64,000 nucleotides of DNA from Tubiluchus corallicola. Lineage: Eukaryota; Animalia; Priapulida. Shown here in pieces: positions 37,159-51,792 of the stretch. How positions within the stretch are numbered: position 1 is the first letter of the stretch; each line of letters opens with the position of its first letter. The position numbers and the translations under genes are program-made. The notes beneath the pieces are model-generated. The model was not told the origin of the DNA and did not search any database. It saw only the letters and a list, made by a program, of their open reading frames with translations. The stretch covers positions 1 through 64,000 of the forward strand of contig JAQGDQ010000163.1 of NCBI GenBank assembly GCA_030141605.1, read 5' to 3'.

Positions 37159-40100
37159 CTGAAAAATGATAAATAGCTTTTGTAAACAGACAGTTCTGTC
37201 AACTCATTACAATAGAGTAATCAAAAAAGGCTAGGCTTAGAAACAAAGAGAAAATAAAAACTAAGTGGCGGAAATGGGATAGAATAGTACGAATGATCAG
37301 TATGACCTCTACTTTCACTATAAATACACATGTATATGTAAGTAATAAAGTATTATGTACTTATCACAAAGGTCATTGTTCTTTTTAATACACTTTTCTT
37401 GTACTTTTAGTGACCAATGTGCTTAATATACTTAATGAGAAGTTTGAAAATTGCACTGTCTGCTGATACGTTGAGCAGAAGCAAAGGGCCTAACATATCA
37501 TCAATTGGGAGCATTATTCCATGACATGCAGATAATAATGGATTCTGAATACATCATCGATGAAATAATACAAGAAAATACTCTCATACAGGACTTCAGC
37601 CTTGTCTAGAAGTGCATTAGTCGTTTAGAGAAACGTTATTTGCTAATTTTGAAAGCCAAGAAAAGTATTATATGCTTTTTATAAATATCTTTGCCCATTG
37701 CCAAATGTAATTGAAAAAAACAAAAAAAAAATTAATATGGCTGTGTGACCAAACAGCAACAAAGCAGATAAATAAAGATGTGAAATGTGAATTAAACAGG
37801 TTAAAGTACGGAATGGAAAATTAGTCTACCACAACAAGGATCTCATGAAACAGTGACGGACTATACAAAACTACAAGCTAGTGAATATGCAACAAGATGG
37901 AAAGTCCTAAAATGAAACATCCTAAGCAATGAATAAATTTAGTAAAAAGGACATTAAAGCAAACCCAAGTAAAGGTCTTAACACAAAATACAACAGAATG
38001 CAAAGCACCTCGTCTTTGAGAGTATAAATACACTATAGCAGTTGTTTAGTGAAATTGTAAGGTTGGCGACGTTATGACAAAATGTCTCAAATAACCATAT
38101 GCAGTGCACTACACATATACTGACGAATATACTATGCTAATAATAAAAATCAGCAACGTAGAAAAACAAGCTCCGAAAGATGAAGCTTCAATAAAGCTGG
38201 ATAAAAATAAACTCAGATTCTGAAGCTCATAAAATGGATTTAATGAGTTCTGGTGCACAGCAGCACACTCACCAAGATCAAACGCAGCAAAATTACATTA
38301 ATTAGCTAATAGAGAACAAAACCTTAAATAATAAACTATACGAAGCACAATTTTCTCAGCAAGAGATTAATGCATATTTGGTCATAAAACAAACTCTGTA
38401 AAGTAAAACAAGAAATTTGAATAAATTTTTTTAAAGCATTAAAGGCTAACGCATATAAAACTGAAACAGAAAAAAAATCATTTTAGCACTCAATGAAATC
38501 TTCGTTTATTCTCAACTGGAGTGCATCTGTATCAAATGAGATTTCTCCTCTCTGGTACAGTTAAGTTGCAAAGAGAAAAACACAAACTTAGTAGGTTTAT
38601 TTGTATCTACTTTCCCTGTTTTAACCAAACAGCGGCATCATAATTGTTTTTCACATAATTTATAATTGCACAAATAAAAGTAAAATTGTGATAATGCAAT
38701 AAGCTATTTTTGTAATAATTTTACAACATAGAAATGATAGAACTTGCACTGTTGGCTTTGTCACTCCATATATAGCTGGGAGTGACTAGTTGGAGTGCGG
38801 TTTCAGTCATGCCGACACCTGCAAGTTAATAAATTAATTAACTCTACCTTAATCAACTGAATTCTTATCCAGGTCCTGCACTAATTAACGCTCCTGTCAC
38901 AGTAGTTGAGTAATTGGACTGCTAAGGTAAAAGTATTTCAATGGAGCATAAGACAGCGCAGTATGCCTCGGACAAACAGCTGCAGAGATAAGACAATAAC
39001 AATAACAGAAACCTTTCAAAAGCACATATGCAAATTTTGGTCATCAAATACACACGTGTGTCACTTATTACAAAAGTATTGCTGAAAATCAAATTTGTTG
39101 ATAAGCAAGGTCTAATTAAATGCAGTGTGTTTTCAACTTGCATTTGCAACTTGCAACATTGCAAACTTGGCACACACAAGTTTACTTTTAGATCTCATTA
39201 GGTTACATATCTGAATTTGTAAACCCACGGTTTCCCACCTTTTTAAATATCACAGATTCCCACCTGTACAGGTCTCTTTCATACACCTTTGTGCATGTCT
39301 TTGTGACATGCGTCTAAAAGTCTCATACACTTAAATGTCTCCGTCATGCCCCCTAGAGTTCCCTGTTATATGGCTCTAAAAAGTTTCTATCATGCCCCCT
39401 AGAGGTCTCTGTCACACACTTCTATTAAAAAGTCACAGTTAGATGCCATCTGTCATGCATCTCTGAATTACTCTATTATAGGCATCTACCATGTAGCTCT
39501 AAATTGCACTTTAATATGCCACGTAGAGACATTTATGTACGCCTCCGCCTAATGTCTTCTGAAGTTGTTTGCAGAGAAAATTTTTCTTATTCTCCGCGAA
39601 AATTTTCCCTATTCTCTACAGCATTGAAACTGTGTTTATGAAACTGGGCAGCAAAATTTAATCAGTTTAGAAGCCAAGTAAAACTTTTATACACAAGGGA
39701 GCAGCGAAGCCACACTTTTTTCAATAAACAGTTCATACACAGACTCTTTTGTTACACGCGAAGCACAGATTCGCGGTACAGTATCGTTAATGAAAGAAAG
39801 GCAGGAAAGCAAGAACCCTTGTTGATGTTAAAAGATAAACATGTTCAAATTTTAAAGCACTTAAAAAGAAATTACAAAATAAAGAACGAAACGTGACGTG
39901 ATACACACGAAAATTCTCATTTGATATAATCTGCAACTGGACTAATTTGATGTGCACTGGCAGACCTGCTGAAGCCAAAAAAAACACAAAGAACCATTGC
40001 AGATACAATCAAGTTTTGAACAAGATCACACAAACATGCACACGTTTGACTGCACGTTAAAACATACACATGTTAAAAAGTAGCGTATGAAGAAAATTCA

Positions 40101-41350
40101 TGCTTTCAAAAATGTCTGGAAGCCTGCAATTAAAATCTCCATTAGCCAGATTTAGCAATCATAACACAAATCTTTGTCCAGTGTACTCAGTTCTCTAAAC
40201 AGAAACACCGCAAACCCTTCTGCATTCACCAAAATGTTGTCTCTTTACCCTCTTTCTTTCCCATACCGCACACGGCCACAATTCTTGAGTTTCCACAGGT
40301 GGGTAGGTCGTCACTTTTCATATTTATATAATACAGGAAACATTTATATACAAGCAAAGGGGATTTTGGAACTAGCAACAACCTATTTTGTGAACACGCA
40401 CACCACCTCACTGCTTTATGGTTTATGTATTTACAGTCTAAATGTTGTAAACAAGCGTTGTAAACAAGTGTGGAAACTGTCTGAGGTTGATGTGGGTCTG
40501 GCCAGCATCCAGTCTGCACCGTTTATAACTTCGCAAATCTAGCTGAAAATACAATACACGTAATGCAGCTATACAGGCAACTTCCTGAAAAGGAAGAATT
40601 TCCTGTTCTGGCAAACACGAACCTCGAGGGAAAACGCTAAAACATCGGTAAATGTTGCAGCCATACACAACTACCATGCAGACTTGTAGAGTAGCAATAA
40701 AAATCCACTTTTTATGGCAAAAATAACTAAAAACATATTCATATTTTTTATTCTAAGCTATTCTGGTTTGCTGCTCACCAATTACAAAAAATACCTTTTA
40801 ACAGCCACAATGCAGATATAAGACTTTCATTATTTTAATCCATTATAAATACATTTTAGTCAAATTCTAGTTAAAGGTGTGGTTGCAAATCAAAAAAGGC
40901 GTGAACGGACAGAAAAAGGCACTAAAATGACGTTTTGAAAGCCATTTTGGTAAAAATAGCTTTTTTACTGGTAAATATGGAAGGCTGACGATCGGTAAAC
41001 ATACCCAAGAGGGTGTGAAGAGCAGAGGTGACGCCTTTATTATTTTTTAGTCTGTTTTTTCAAAATGATAACATGGTAGTTTTGTGTTGGATAAGATGAG
41101 ATTAGTTCCTGAAAGTGCTGTGGGTATTCCTCTTATAAAATTTGCTCATCTTATGAAGAGATGACAACTCGGAGTGATAAGCTTACTAAGCAGGCCAAAC
41201 AGGCTGACAAAATTTACAATTTAACTGGCTGCTCTACAAACAAATCCTTCTCTAGACAAAACACACTGGCAGCGACGGACAATTCATAGATTTATCGAAT
41301 TAATCCTAATTAGAACTACATATAAATCGATATAATCAGAGACTGAACGG

Positions 41351-42665
41351 CAGGGCACTTTATTTATGACTTTAGTCATAAATTGCATAAATAGCTTATT
41401 TAATACTAATTTCAGATTTTATTTATGACTATTTATGACGTGTCAAATTTTGACCAAAAATGCCATCCTGAGCTAAAAGAAATACATATTTTTAATCAGA
41501 ATCTTGTATTTTGCCTTTCTTCGTTCTTCATTACATTAAAATGTAATAAAAATGTCTACTTTCATCATTCCAAGGCCTGAAGTTTCTCGTATTGTTTTGC
41601 ATGCAGGCATCCCTCCAGACTGAAATCCGTGATCGTGTTTATAATAATTATAGTATCGGTTTTAATTTGTTTAGGATGACCTATAAAATTACTGCTCATA
41701 AAAATCAATCTATTAATTAATTCGTACAGTCACAATTCGTAGCCACAATTAGTACAAGTAAATAATGTATTTTTTAAATATCGATTTTAAATTTAATGTT
41801 GGAAAATACTATTGGCTATTACATCTTTCTAGGGAACCGTCACGTATGTTTTCTAATTAAAATTACATTAAGCAAAATAACTAAACAAGAAAAACAGTTA
41901 AATTTTAATGACAATGAAGCAACAAATTCTCCCAAAGATAAAATATGCTCAAATTCTAGCAGACGGCATTATTCTTATTTCTTGAGGATGAGGCAGTAAG
42001 GCACGGGAAACGCTTGCGGCAAACTCGAGCTAAAACCTACACCCAAGCCATTGACTTACGCCGCTTAGGGGTAAGCATCGAAGTTCGGTTCGATTCGAAT
42101 TCGAAAGTCACAAATTCGGTTCGATTCGAATTCGCTTTCTGGTAGAGAATGCTCACCCCTAACGCCGCTAGGATGAGAAAGGCACTGAAATGAACGTGCA
42201 AAGAAAAGAATTAGAAGTGTAGATTTCTGTTATTGTGCAGAGCGTAGGTTTGAGGCGGCAGAACTTTAGGACATTAAAATAGGTAAGCTGTCTTTAATTC
42301 AAATTTTCGATGGAACGACAACGATTCTGTCGGTGCCTATTTATTTTTTCGCGGTAACGCGCTCATTTACTTTTTATTATTTAGGTTGCTTCTAGACGAG
42401 TTAATGACAGATAAACGCATCAGTTAGACAGTCTCAGTTACTGTGTTAGTCCACCAAACAGTCACGCGCAAGCTTCTTATGGACTGCCTGTGTGTGTGGG
42501 AGAGAGAGAGAGAGAGAGACGGTGGAAACAGTTTTCTGTACTGAATTTTTTGTTCCATTCATCGGGAAATGATTATTTTTCTTTCGTTATTTATGACAAA
42601 TTTGAAATCTTATTTATGACTATTTATGACTATTTTGCAAGAAAAGTCATAAATAAAGTGCCCTG
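41351..42665. mobile_element. Non-autonomous hAT-type DNA transposon (1315 bp)
   Basis: 23-bp perfect TIR CAGGGCACTTTATTTATGACTTT / AAAGTCATAAATAAAGTGCCCTG, perfect 8-bp TSD CTGAACGG (41343-41350 and 42666-42673), subterminal TATTTATGAC repeats, and no transposase ORF. Confidence 0.9.
42066..42161. mobile_element. 96-bp hAT-type MITE nested in the larger element
   Basis: TIR TAGGGGTAAGCAT / ATGCTCACCCCTA (1 mismatch), perfect 8-bp TSD ACGCCGCT (42058-42065 and 42162-42169), internal ttcggttcgattcgaattcg twice. Confidence 0.9.
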
Positions 42666-44174
42666 CTGAACGGTAATTGAATTAATCGAAAGCAAAATAC
42701 GTGTTACACACTGACTGTCTTAGGACAGATAAACAGACTGTGTTTTTTCTTCATTTTCTCACATTCTGCAATGTGCTCAATTGCGAACCACAGTATTGTA
42801 AACTGGCACTTTACATTCGTTGGCCACATGACTTGTGTTGTGTTGTAGTCACAGAGTAGTTAACGAATGTGTGTCTATAAAAATAATTTGCATGTACGAA
42901 AATGGTAAAAAAAGCTGTGCAGCAGTTTTGCAGATTATATTTCACTGCAATTATTGAAAAATATGGCTAAAACACTATAAAAATTGTCCCAAGAGATCAA
43001 TCGTGATAATGAATTACAAGAACAAGATCACAAAATTTCAAAATCACCCATCACTACACACTCAGCAAAGCTTGCATGCATAATTTATTATCAGGTTTTC
43101 ATGGCAAACGTAACAGCAATCGGTTAAGCAAATCTCTCTATCCATCATCATCACAGAAGTGAATCGAGAATAAATCGGTGAAACCAAGCGAATATTGATT
43201 TTCTACAATGACGTCTGCCATAATGAGCAATTCCTAGGTAATCTCAATAATGCACATGCAGGCCTGCCAAGGAAAACAGAATCAATTACCAGACAATTAA
43301 CTCGGCTAGGATACCAGACACTACTGCTGTGATTCTAACTGACAAAGTAAAATCTTCCTATCAACGAGCAGAAATTACAAAATAACTGTCCAAAAGACTG
43401 AAAACCACCACCAACCCATCAACACGACAAAATAATTGCCCGTATAGACAATTAATTACACGCGACACGTGTAGAAACAAAATTGGGACGCTTAAATGAA
43501 CATCTTGACTGGAGGCATAGCCAGGTGGAGAGGGCAGCAAGTCAATCACACACAGGTCTAAGAATATTGAAAAAAAATAAAAAGGAAAAAATGAGATTTA
43601 GGCCACCAAATCACTGAAACACAGAAGACAAGATACAAGTAAATATACGCCCTACAAGCACCACTCATTCATGACGTATTTGATATTGTCTAGATACGCC
43701 CCTCTTTGCCAAGGAAGCCAACATTGCTCACGTCTTCTTAGATTTCGGCAACAGTGTAAGAACTTTTGCTGCGTGAAACCGCTCCCGGATGAGTAACATG
43801 AAATTTATAAGAAAACTTTCCGAAACATCGACAAACAGGACCCATTAGTCAAAGTCTATAATCAGCGCATGATCACATACAAGAAGAGGTCAATAGTACT
43901 ACATGTATATAACTGCAGCAGATGTGACGTCACACAGTGTTGGCAAACACACACTATCTTTGTAATATGAAAGTGATATTTACAGAAAATTGTTAACAAA
44001 CAGTTCCAACACAGCAGACAAATCAGGATTTGTAAAGAGAAATGATCTACATCGATGGGTACATGAGAGTGCAAAGAGAATTGGCTAATAGCATTTTCCT
44101 GGAAAAAGCTACAACATTCAAAGATCTTGTTGTCTAGTAATGCATGAATATGTGTGCACAATTTGTGTGTATAC

Positions 44175-44290
44175 AGTTAATGCAACTTATTTCCTATGTA
44201 AATTTTATATACAAGTATGTATATTATGTGTAGTTAATGTAACTTATTTCCTATGTAAATTTTATATACATGTACGTATATTATGTGTGT
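44175..44290. repeat. Imperfect tandem duplication of about 57 bp
   Basis: agttaatg(c/t)aacttatttcctatgtaaattttatataca...tatattatgtgt occurs twice. Confidence 0.8.
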
Positions 44291-44690
44291 GTGGTTTATG
44301 AACTTTGAGTTTGAAATGGAATTTTTACTTACTCACTGATACATGGGTTTAATCTCAACTCTAAAAAACACTCCAAACAAAATCTTCTACTTTTCTTTTG
44401 TCCAGACATTTTTAGTCAGTACTGTAGACACTGACGATTTCAACAACTAGGTTAACTATTACTTATAAATTTAAGCAAAAATATCAAACACGCAGAGTAG
44501 CACACATTTTTCTGCAGCAAAATAAAATAGAAATGTTTGTATTTCTATTGCATAATGTCATTCATTGTTGTAGCTAATATACTGCACTTCTCATTACTTT
44601 ATTATTAGTTTGCTTTGATTGTTAGCTAATTTACTATCAATTAGAAAAAGTTTCTTTGTCAGCCATAAATTTTTATGTGACCAATACTTA

Positions 44691-45289
44691 GTAAACTTCA
44701 AGCTTTCAACAACTATCATGGCTACTACTATTGGAGACAAGAAATTAAAGAAAAAAAGTAAACTTCAAGCTTTCAACAACTATCATGGCTACTACTATTG
44801 GAGACAAGAAATTAAAGAAAAAAAGTAAACTTCAAGCTTTCAACAACTATCATGGCTACTACTATTGGAGACAAGAAATTAAAGAAAAAAAGTAAACTTC
44901 AAGCTTTCAACAACTATCATGGCTACTACTATTGGAGACAAGAAATTAAAGAAAAAAAGTAAACTTCAAGCTTTCAACAACTATCATGGCTACTACTATT
45001 GGAGACAAGAAATTAAAGAAAAAAGTAAACTTCAAGCTTTCAACAACTATCATGGCTACTACTATTGGAGACAAGAAATTAAAGAAAAAAGTAAACTTCA
45101 AGCTTTCAACAACTATCATGGCTACTACTATTGGAGACAAGAAATTAAAGAAAAAAAGTAAACTTCAAGCTTTCAACAACTATCATGGCTACTACTATTG
45201 GAGACAAGAAATTAAAGAAAAAAGTAAACTTCAAGCTTTCAACAACTATCATGGCTACTACTATTGGAGACAAGAAATTAAAGAAAAAA
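44691..45289. repeat. Minisatellite, 9 x 66/67 bp
   Basis: Units start at 44691, 44758, 44825, 44892, 44959, 45025, 45091, 45158 and 45224; they are identical except for the A6/A7 tract length; there are no spacers. Confidence 0.97.
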
Positions 45290-45313
45290 TTTATCATTAC
45301 TAAAAAAATTTAC

Positions 45314-45378
45314 CTCTTTCTGTGAATGGTGTATCTGCTCTTGCTTGAATAGTGCTAAATAACTCGCCTCCAGCCATA
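45314..45378 (-). CDS. MAPKAPK2: MAPKAPK2/3 exon 3 (65 nt)
   Basis: HMAGGELFSTIQARADTPFTER; phase 2 acceptor and phase 1 donor fit the neighbouring exons. Confidence 0.93.
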
Positions 45379-48300
45379 CTGAAAATAAACAAAATTTGTT
45401 ATGTACCATAACACAAACACAACGAAAAATATGCACATTCGAAATAAATAAAACAAGTCTGGTCTTAAGCACCAAAACAGAGTTGTGTGAACTTATGTCA
45501 TTCATTGTTATCCAGTGAACTGACCCATAAGATATGACATATTGATTGATTCCAAAATTTATCCATAAAAATATATACAACAAAAGAATATAACTGTACC
45601 AGCATTGCAATATTTTATATTACATTTAGTGATGTAAAGTAATCGAAAAATATGTCTGTACAAAATACATCAAGTTTTAAAAACGACTTTTCACCATTTT
45701 TTACAGTACATGATTCACAGAATTTCATTGTCGCCTTGGGAAATTTATGCTTCACAAATCTGTAAAAATATTTTCTTTACAGTATTTTAAAATGTGGTAA
45801 ATTGAATTCTACAAACCAAAGTTATCAAAACAGCTCAGAAAGCAACTGCATTTGACCTTTATTAAATCAAAACTTTAGAAACTGTGATCAACCAAATGTG
45901 GCTATTGTTCTAAAGCTCTGTGCTTCTAAGGGACATTACAATGTAATTGTCCCTGGAACCTACTATTTTATTCATTTATTACACTAATAATCATCTTGCA
46001 GAAATGAACTCAGATTATATCCAAGAAAATTCCCAGAAGCCATGAAAATGCAATGAAGCCAAGGAAATGCAACAAATACAACCATTAAGCAAATGAATCC
46101 ACTGAGAAGAAGCCTATTTAAAGCTGCTGTATGTAAATCTATTCTGTAATTATTGACAGAGTCAGTGTGATAAGGATTTCATTCAACATGAGTAATTTAA
46201 CGTTCAATACCAGCAATTCAACATTCGCAGAGCGGAGGCAGCTGGAATTCCACACAAGTGTAATGCAGTTAATTCACAGTTTAAACCAACCTTTCATCAA
46301 AACCACAATGTACATATAGGTGCTCAACTGCATGATTTTATTTAGAAAATGGATAGCTGAGATTTCTCAGGGACCTCTATAGTTGTGCGTAAATTTGTAC
46401 CATCTAAGTGTGAGTGCATAGGAAGAGGTGTACCAAAGAACCGATAGATACCTTCTTAATCTATTTACAAAGTCACTCAAATTAGTTCAGTAAATCCAAT
46501 GAAAAAGACATTAAGACATGACTCAGAGTTGTAAGAAAATTGAAAATTATTATAAATTATTAAATGTCCAAAAAAACAAAATTTGTGAAAATTGTTCATT
46601 GAAAATTTCTACTTTTGGCATTCGGTAAGTTGGTAACCTCCATAAAAGGGCATTTGGCAAATTTTTCTCTGTTTCTATCACAACACCAAGAGATCTATGC
46701 ACTCAGTGTGCTAGCATTTTGCTTGTGTTTTTCTACATCAATTTCTCAGTTTTGTAAAAGACAGCTGACAGTTCCTTTCGTAATTTTGTAACACATCTTC
46801 TGTTATCTTAATGGCTTCACAATATTTATGCATTTTCTCCAATTTTACTCACATTTTTGTTCACAGTAATTTCTCATCCTGTTTCAAGTAATAAATCAGT
46901 TATCATTTTTCATCACACAAGACAATAAAAGTGTCTTGAGGAATGAGCAAAATACATCTTACACATTACGTGCCGGTTTTCTGATAAACTGTCAATAAAT
47001 GCAGCAGAATTTCAAAATGTGTTGAAATTATAAAGACAAATTTGAGGTTTTGCCACTAATAATGAATGGAGATACACTCTTCGCGACCATAAACAGAAAA
47101 TTTGTAAAACTTGACGAGATTCAATGCTAATACAGTACTTTTAAACACACCAGCACTTTGCAGAAAATTTAGACAATGCATTTAGACAAAACTGTTTGTA
47201 CCTCTTTCTTCTATATTTCCCATACTGCTACAAATGCTTTTAGATGCACCTAACCATGGGTAATGATCAATATATAGAACAATGCAGTCGACTTTTAACT
47301 GTTTATTAGGCTTCACTTGACTTTTGATAAACAGGTGACTTGTTTCTATAACAATGCAGGTTTAGAGACAAAATCAGAAGGGCTTCATTCAAACGTTGCT
47401 ACAGGTAGTACTAAGCACTACCATCGTCGTACTACTATATCAAATTAATGGAACGACATGCATAAAATGAACCATTTAGAAGTTTAAGAATGTAAATCGT
47501 GCCTAGAGCGTAAATGCAAGCATAGGTGTGGAGAAGCATGTTAGTGTCTTAAATTTTAGCACTGACATTAAACTAGTAAGTACTCCTAAATTGGTGGTAC
47601 CTAGGCCTAATCAGTAATTACTCAGTCTAAAGTCCAGTGCTAATGCTATACACATTAGTACAAGTGTTGAAGTTTTCGCGTGGACTTTGGATTCTATGAC
47701 ATTCACCAGCTCAAGCAAAGCTTAATTTCTACTTGACATTCGAAAGGTGTCAGATGGGGCCACGCGAGCTATACAGCTAGATATTACAAATGTGCATACA
47801 GAAACGAATGTTCCTCACACATACATGTAATTGAATTTTTGTATATGTATGGAGCCGTATGAGAAGTGCAAAAAACTGTAACTAACTTGAAGTCTCGAAC
47901 AAAGTTCAACCGGAAATCCGCTGACAAAAAATACATAGTTTGTTTTAAGAACAAGTATTAGTAAGTCATCAGCTAGGTAAACACATTGCCAAGCAACTGA
48001 TAAACAACTGTTTACAGACAGCTATACAAAAGGTATTGTATTTACCCCTTACAGTAACCCGAGCTGCTTAAATAGTGTTTGTTGCAAAAGTCAAAAAAAC
48101 AGTAAATTGGGGGCTCATTAGCCAAAAACTACCATTAACTAGCTCTGTTTTAGAAATGGCCACATGTGCACGGAAACTGTTGATCAGATTAACAACAAAA
48201 ACAGCAATAAAAATAAACATGGTGCAACATTTTCTAGTGTTTTAAAATAAAGAAGCTTACCTACAATATGCTGTGAACCTACCATGCATGATACTGCCAA

Positions 48301-48700
48301 TTACCGTGATTTTTCTCATGTTTTTGTTAAACCAATTAGATTGTAAATGCACAGCAATATTATCAATAACAACAAAAATACACAAATGTAAGTTAAGCTC
48401 AACAAACACTTTCTACTATGCTACTTACGTAGAAAAAATAGCATGAGAAAACTGTCGCATCGTTGCCACGCATTATTTTAATTCATTTTTACACATACTA
48501 CACAGCTAGAGAATAATTCTGAGGAATGTGCAACCTAAGTCAGCACCTGGAGCCTAGAGGTCTGACCATTTTTACATATTTATTTGGTCAATATTCTAAT
48601 ACCTAACTACAATAGCCAGATCCTACTTTTCTTCACAAATGTTTAATTGTTTAGTCATTTACCATAATACCATTAAATTGTAATAAAGTTTATTACTTAC

Positions 48701-48840
48701 TGTTCCATAACTACTAGGAGGCATTTGTTACCGGCGAATGTGTTCTCGTAAGCATCAACAATATTTACGATGTGTCGACATTTTGATGCCCGCCAGTGCA
48801 GTTCCACCTCCCTCCGTGCTTTGGGGGAATCTCTTAGAAC
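48701..48840 (-). CDS. MAPKAPK2: MAPKAPK2/3 exon 2 (140 nt)
   Basis: VLRDSPKARREVELHWRASKCRHIVNIVDAYENTFAGNKCLLVVME. Confidence 0.95.
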
Positions 48841-49199
48841 CTGAAACATGGCAGTTTTAAAAGCTGTTGGAATTAAAACGATGCTTAAATTATATTAAAA
48901 AACGTTAGCAGTTATCATGCCAAACACCTGAAAAAATAAAGAAAAAGTAACTTTTTCAACACTGGCAAAAACCACATACAGTATGGGCAATTCTACACCA
49001 ATTCTACGCAAGATTTCAGTACTGAGGCTAATTGTATGTGAGATACGTTACAGCCAGGAGAAAACTTCGCTTGAAAAAATTTAAGCAAAAGAAATCTAGT
49101 TCAGGCCCGTGTCACACAGGTAAAGCCATAAGGTGTCTTCCATCTTCTGTAAGGCGAATGCCGTAATCCGCAATATGCACCTTGTTCTGTGTAACTAGC

Positions 49200-49770
49200 A
49201 AAGCGTTTGCCATAATCCTTTTTTGGCGGGTTTGCAGAATAAACATATTCGGTCTACAAAGCCAAAATGCTCGTTTGAAATCTACAAAAGAGGTATACTG
49301 TTTCTGCTTTTGGGAAACACGTTTGTCAGCAACGGTTTTTAATACAAAAATGTTATCGCGAGCTTGGTAGTTACTACGAAATACTGCCTGAGTCCCGAGT
49401 ATAACATTGTTACTATTGCACCATATTTCTAAGCTAGTACAAATCAAGCCTTTTTAAAAAGTTTACGAATAATGCTAAGTATGTTGATTCCCTTATAATT
49501 ACTACGGTCAAACGTTGGTCCTGATTCGTGAATAGGAGTGATAATACCATATGACCATTCTTCAAGTATGTCACCAGTTATGAGCATATCATTAAAAATT
49601 TTTAACAAGCATTGCTTTAAGTCGACAAATCCTTCCTGTATATATTTAATGGACGAACCATCGATCCCTGTAAATTTACCCGATTTTACTTCAACAAGGT
49701 ATTTTTCAAATTCGTTTGTATCAAAAGTTTTATTAAATACAGAACCGTCTTATGATATAAATGAACTATG
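49200..49770 (-). mobile_element. Degenerate LINE ORF2 reverse-transcriptase fragment
   Basis: Minus-strand translation GKFTGIDG...LLKIFN...GDILEEWSYGIITPIHESG...SNYKGINILSIIRKLF, then frameshifted QAVFRSNYQARDNIFVLKTV...SFVDFKRAF, matching non-LTR RT N-terminal motifs. Confidence 0.8.
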
Positions 49771-51576
49771 CATTATAAAAACCACAAACACGCTAGTTAT
49801 CCCATTAGCGATGAGCAAAAACGCCTTATGGCAAATGAAATTAATGGCTAAATTTGCTTCGCAATAAGGCACCTCATGAACCACTAAAACGGCTTAAGAG
49901 GAGCCTATCGCGGATAATGGCTGACTGTATGCAAACCGAGGCTAGCGGAAAACGTCAAATGGATTATCTGTGTGACAGGTTAGCGTACATTCATTTTTCA
50001 TAAGGCAGCTTTTTCCGCTTACAGTTACACGCCTTATGGATTGACTATGTCCAGCTCTGCATGACTGTAAGACTGACTGACTGTAAGTAATAAGCATTGC
50101 AAATTACAACAAAATAAACTTGGCACTTTTAAAGCAAAATGTATTATTAAAAAGCATAACAACAAACACCTATTTAAAATCATTTTATAAGTTGTAAACC
50201 TTTGTACGGTACACCTATATAAAAAATTAAGTGACACTTGAACAAAAGCAGAAGTATTACTTTTTATTATACTTAAGCCCTAAGAAGAAAGCAGCAACTT
50301 TCAAGATCATCAATATACAGTGCCTGACTGAAAACCGATAACAGAAAATGATTCAGTCGTCAATTCAGCTCATATCTACAAAAACGTAGTTTGTAAATTA
50401 AACTGCAAGAAAGGGGAGTGCTATGTTGGTTCTCAGAGTGCCTACACCAAGTTACCAGAAGAAAATGGTTAATTTTTTTAGCCAATTTCAGTGTGGGTAA
50501 TAAATCATTTTGGCAGAAGAATGCAAGGTCTTGAAAAGATTAGTATGACTATGTCTACTAGTATGATATCTTAATCCTCAGGCTTGAAGATGTGCTTGTA
50601 AAACTTTGAATAAATATATACATGTGCTACAGTATTGGCTATAGCAGAACACAAGCAATATAGTACATTGCCTACATACAGCAGATGCAATTCATCAAAT
50701 CACTAACTGTTGGATGGCATGAACGAACCAGTGCAAAGGTTTATTTAAACAAGAACTGTGTCCACATAATTGGTCTACTGGCGAACATGCTGAATGATGC
50801 ATGTTGCAAAATTTGAACTAACATTGCTCAATTGATTGAAATCAATTGAAACAACTAAATGTACAGTCCTGGTCTAGTCAGACTCAGACTCCTTTGTAAG
50901 TACAAAAATAGCAATAGACTAACAATGTGATACAGTGTGATACCTGGCCCCAGACATTATGGCCTCCACTGTGATAAATTTACAAGCTTCACCTTAATTA
51001 TGACATAAGTGTAGGTTTAATAATATTGGCGAACATCATTCTTTGAAGTATTCTGTAGGCCCTATTATATGCTTTCTTGTGGTGTTCCATAGTAACTAAA
51101 TAAGCTAATAATTCTTGCTTTCTTTTCTCTTTGGCCTAAAAACTCACTTATTACACAATATTTTAATGGCTTACTACTTAGAGAAATTGTAATGACGTAA
51201 ACAACACTTCTAAGCACTTTTTAGCAATTTTTAAAGCCCCTCATTAGTGAAATATTTTAAATCTAGTCAGCTAACTATGACAGCTTGTTTTTGTATAACA
51301 ATTTCATAAAATTGCACAGCACTTTCTACCATAGCGATCTGCAAACCATATGAAATGTGCATTGTTAGAGTGTCAGTTTTTTTTAAATAGAATAAATCGT
51401 GATGCAAAAATTAATTATTTACCAGCCAGAAGTAACCCACTACAATTTAGTGTAATTACTGAATCTATCACTCCAATCAAATTATGCGATTTTTCAATAG
51501 ACAAAAAAATAACTAAGAATGAATGATACTCCTTTTCCACCATAAGAGTATCTGCAATTAAAATAAGACACTCTAC

Positions 51577-51792
51577 CTTCAACGCATAGCTGCGCCCACT
51601 TTGTTTATGTTCACACCTCATAACTTTGCCGTTTATACCTAATCCCAAAACATCCTTTGTCAGTTTATAATCATTTGTCACCGGGTGCTTTTTCACTAAA
51701 CTGGAAACGTCTGGTTTTTGCGAGGGTTGACTACCACCTCCTGTCCCTAGCGTACCACTAGACACTTTCTGTGTAGATTCATCGTTCCCCAT
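51577..51792 (-). CDS. MAPKAPK2: MAPKAPK2/3 exon 1 (an in-frame upstream ATG at 51912 is also possible)
   Basis: [12 protein letters not shown]...[32 protein letters not shown]|gtagag, with the MK2 Gly-rich loop LGLGINGKV. The full spliced product is 388 or 400 aa. Confidence 0.92.

Noticed and set aside
39290-39560. Degenerate roughly 23-bp periodic repeat (tcatgccccctagag twice)
   Set aside because: Too decayed to define units or assign a function by eye.
44619-45303. Repeat array and repetitive ORFs as a CRISPR array or repeat protein
   Set aside because: Units are contiguous with no unique spacers and there are no cas genes in a eukaryotic context; the ORFs shift frame with A-tract length.
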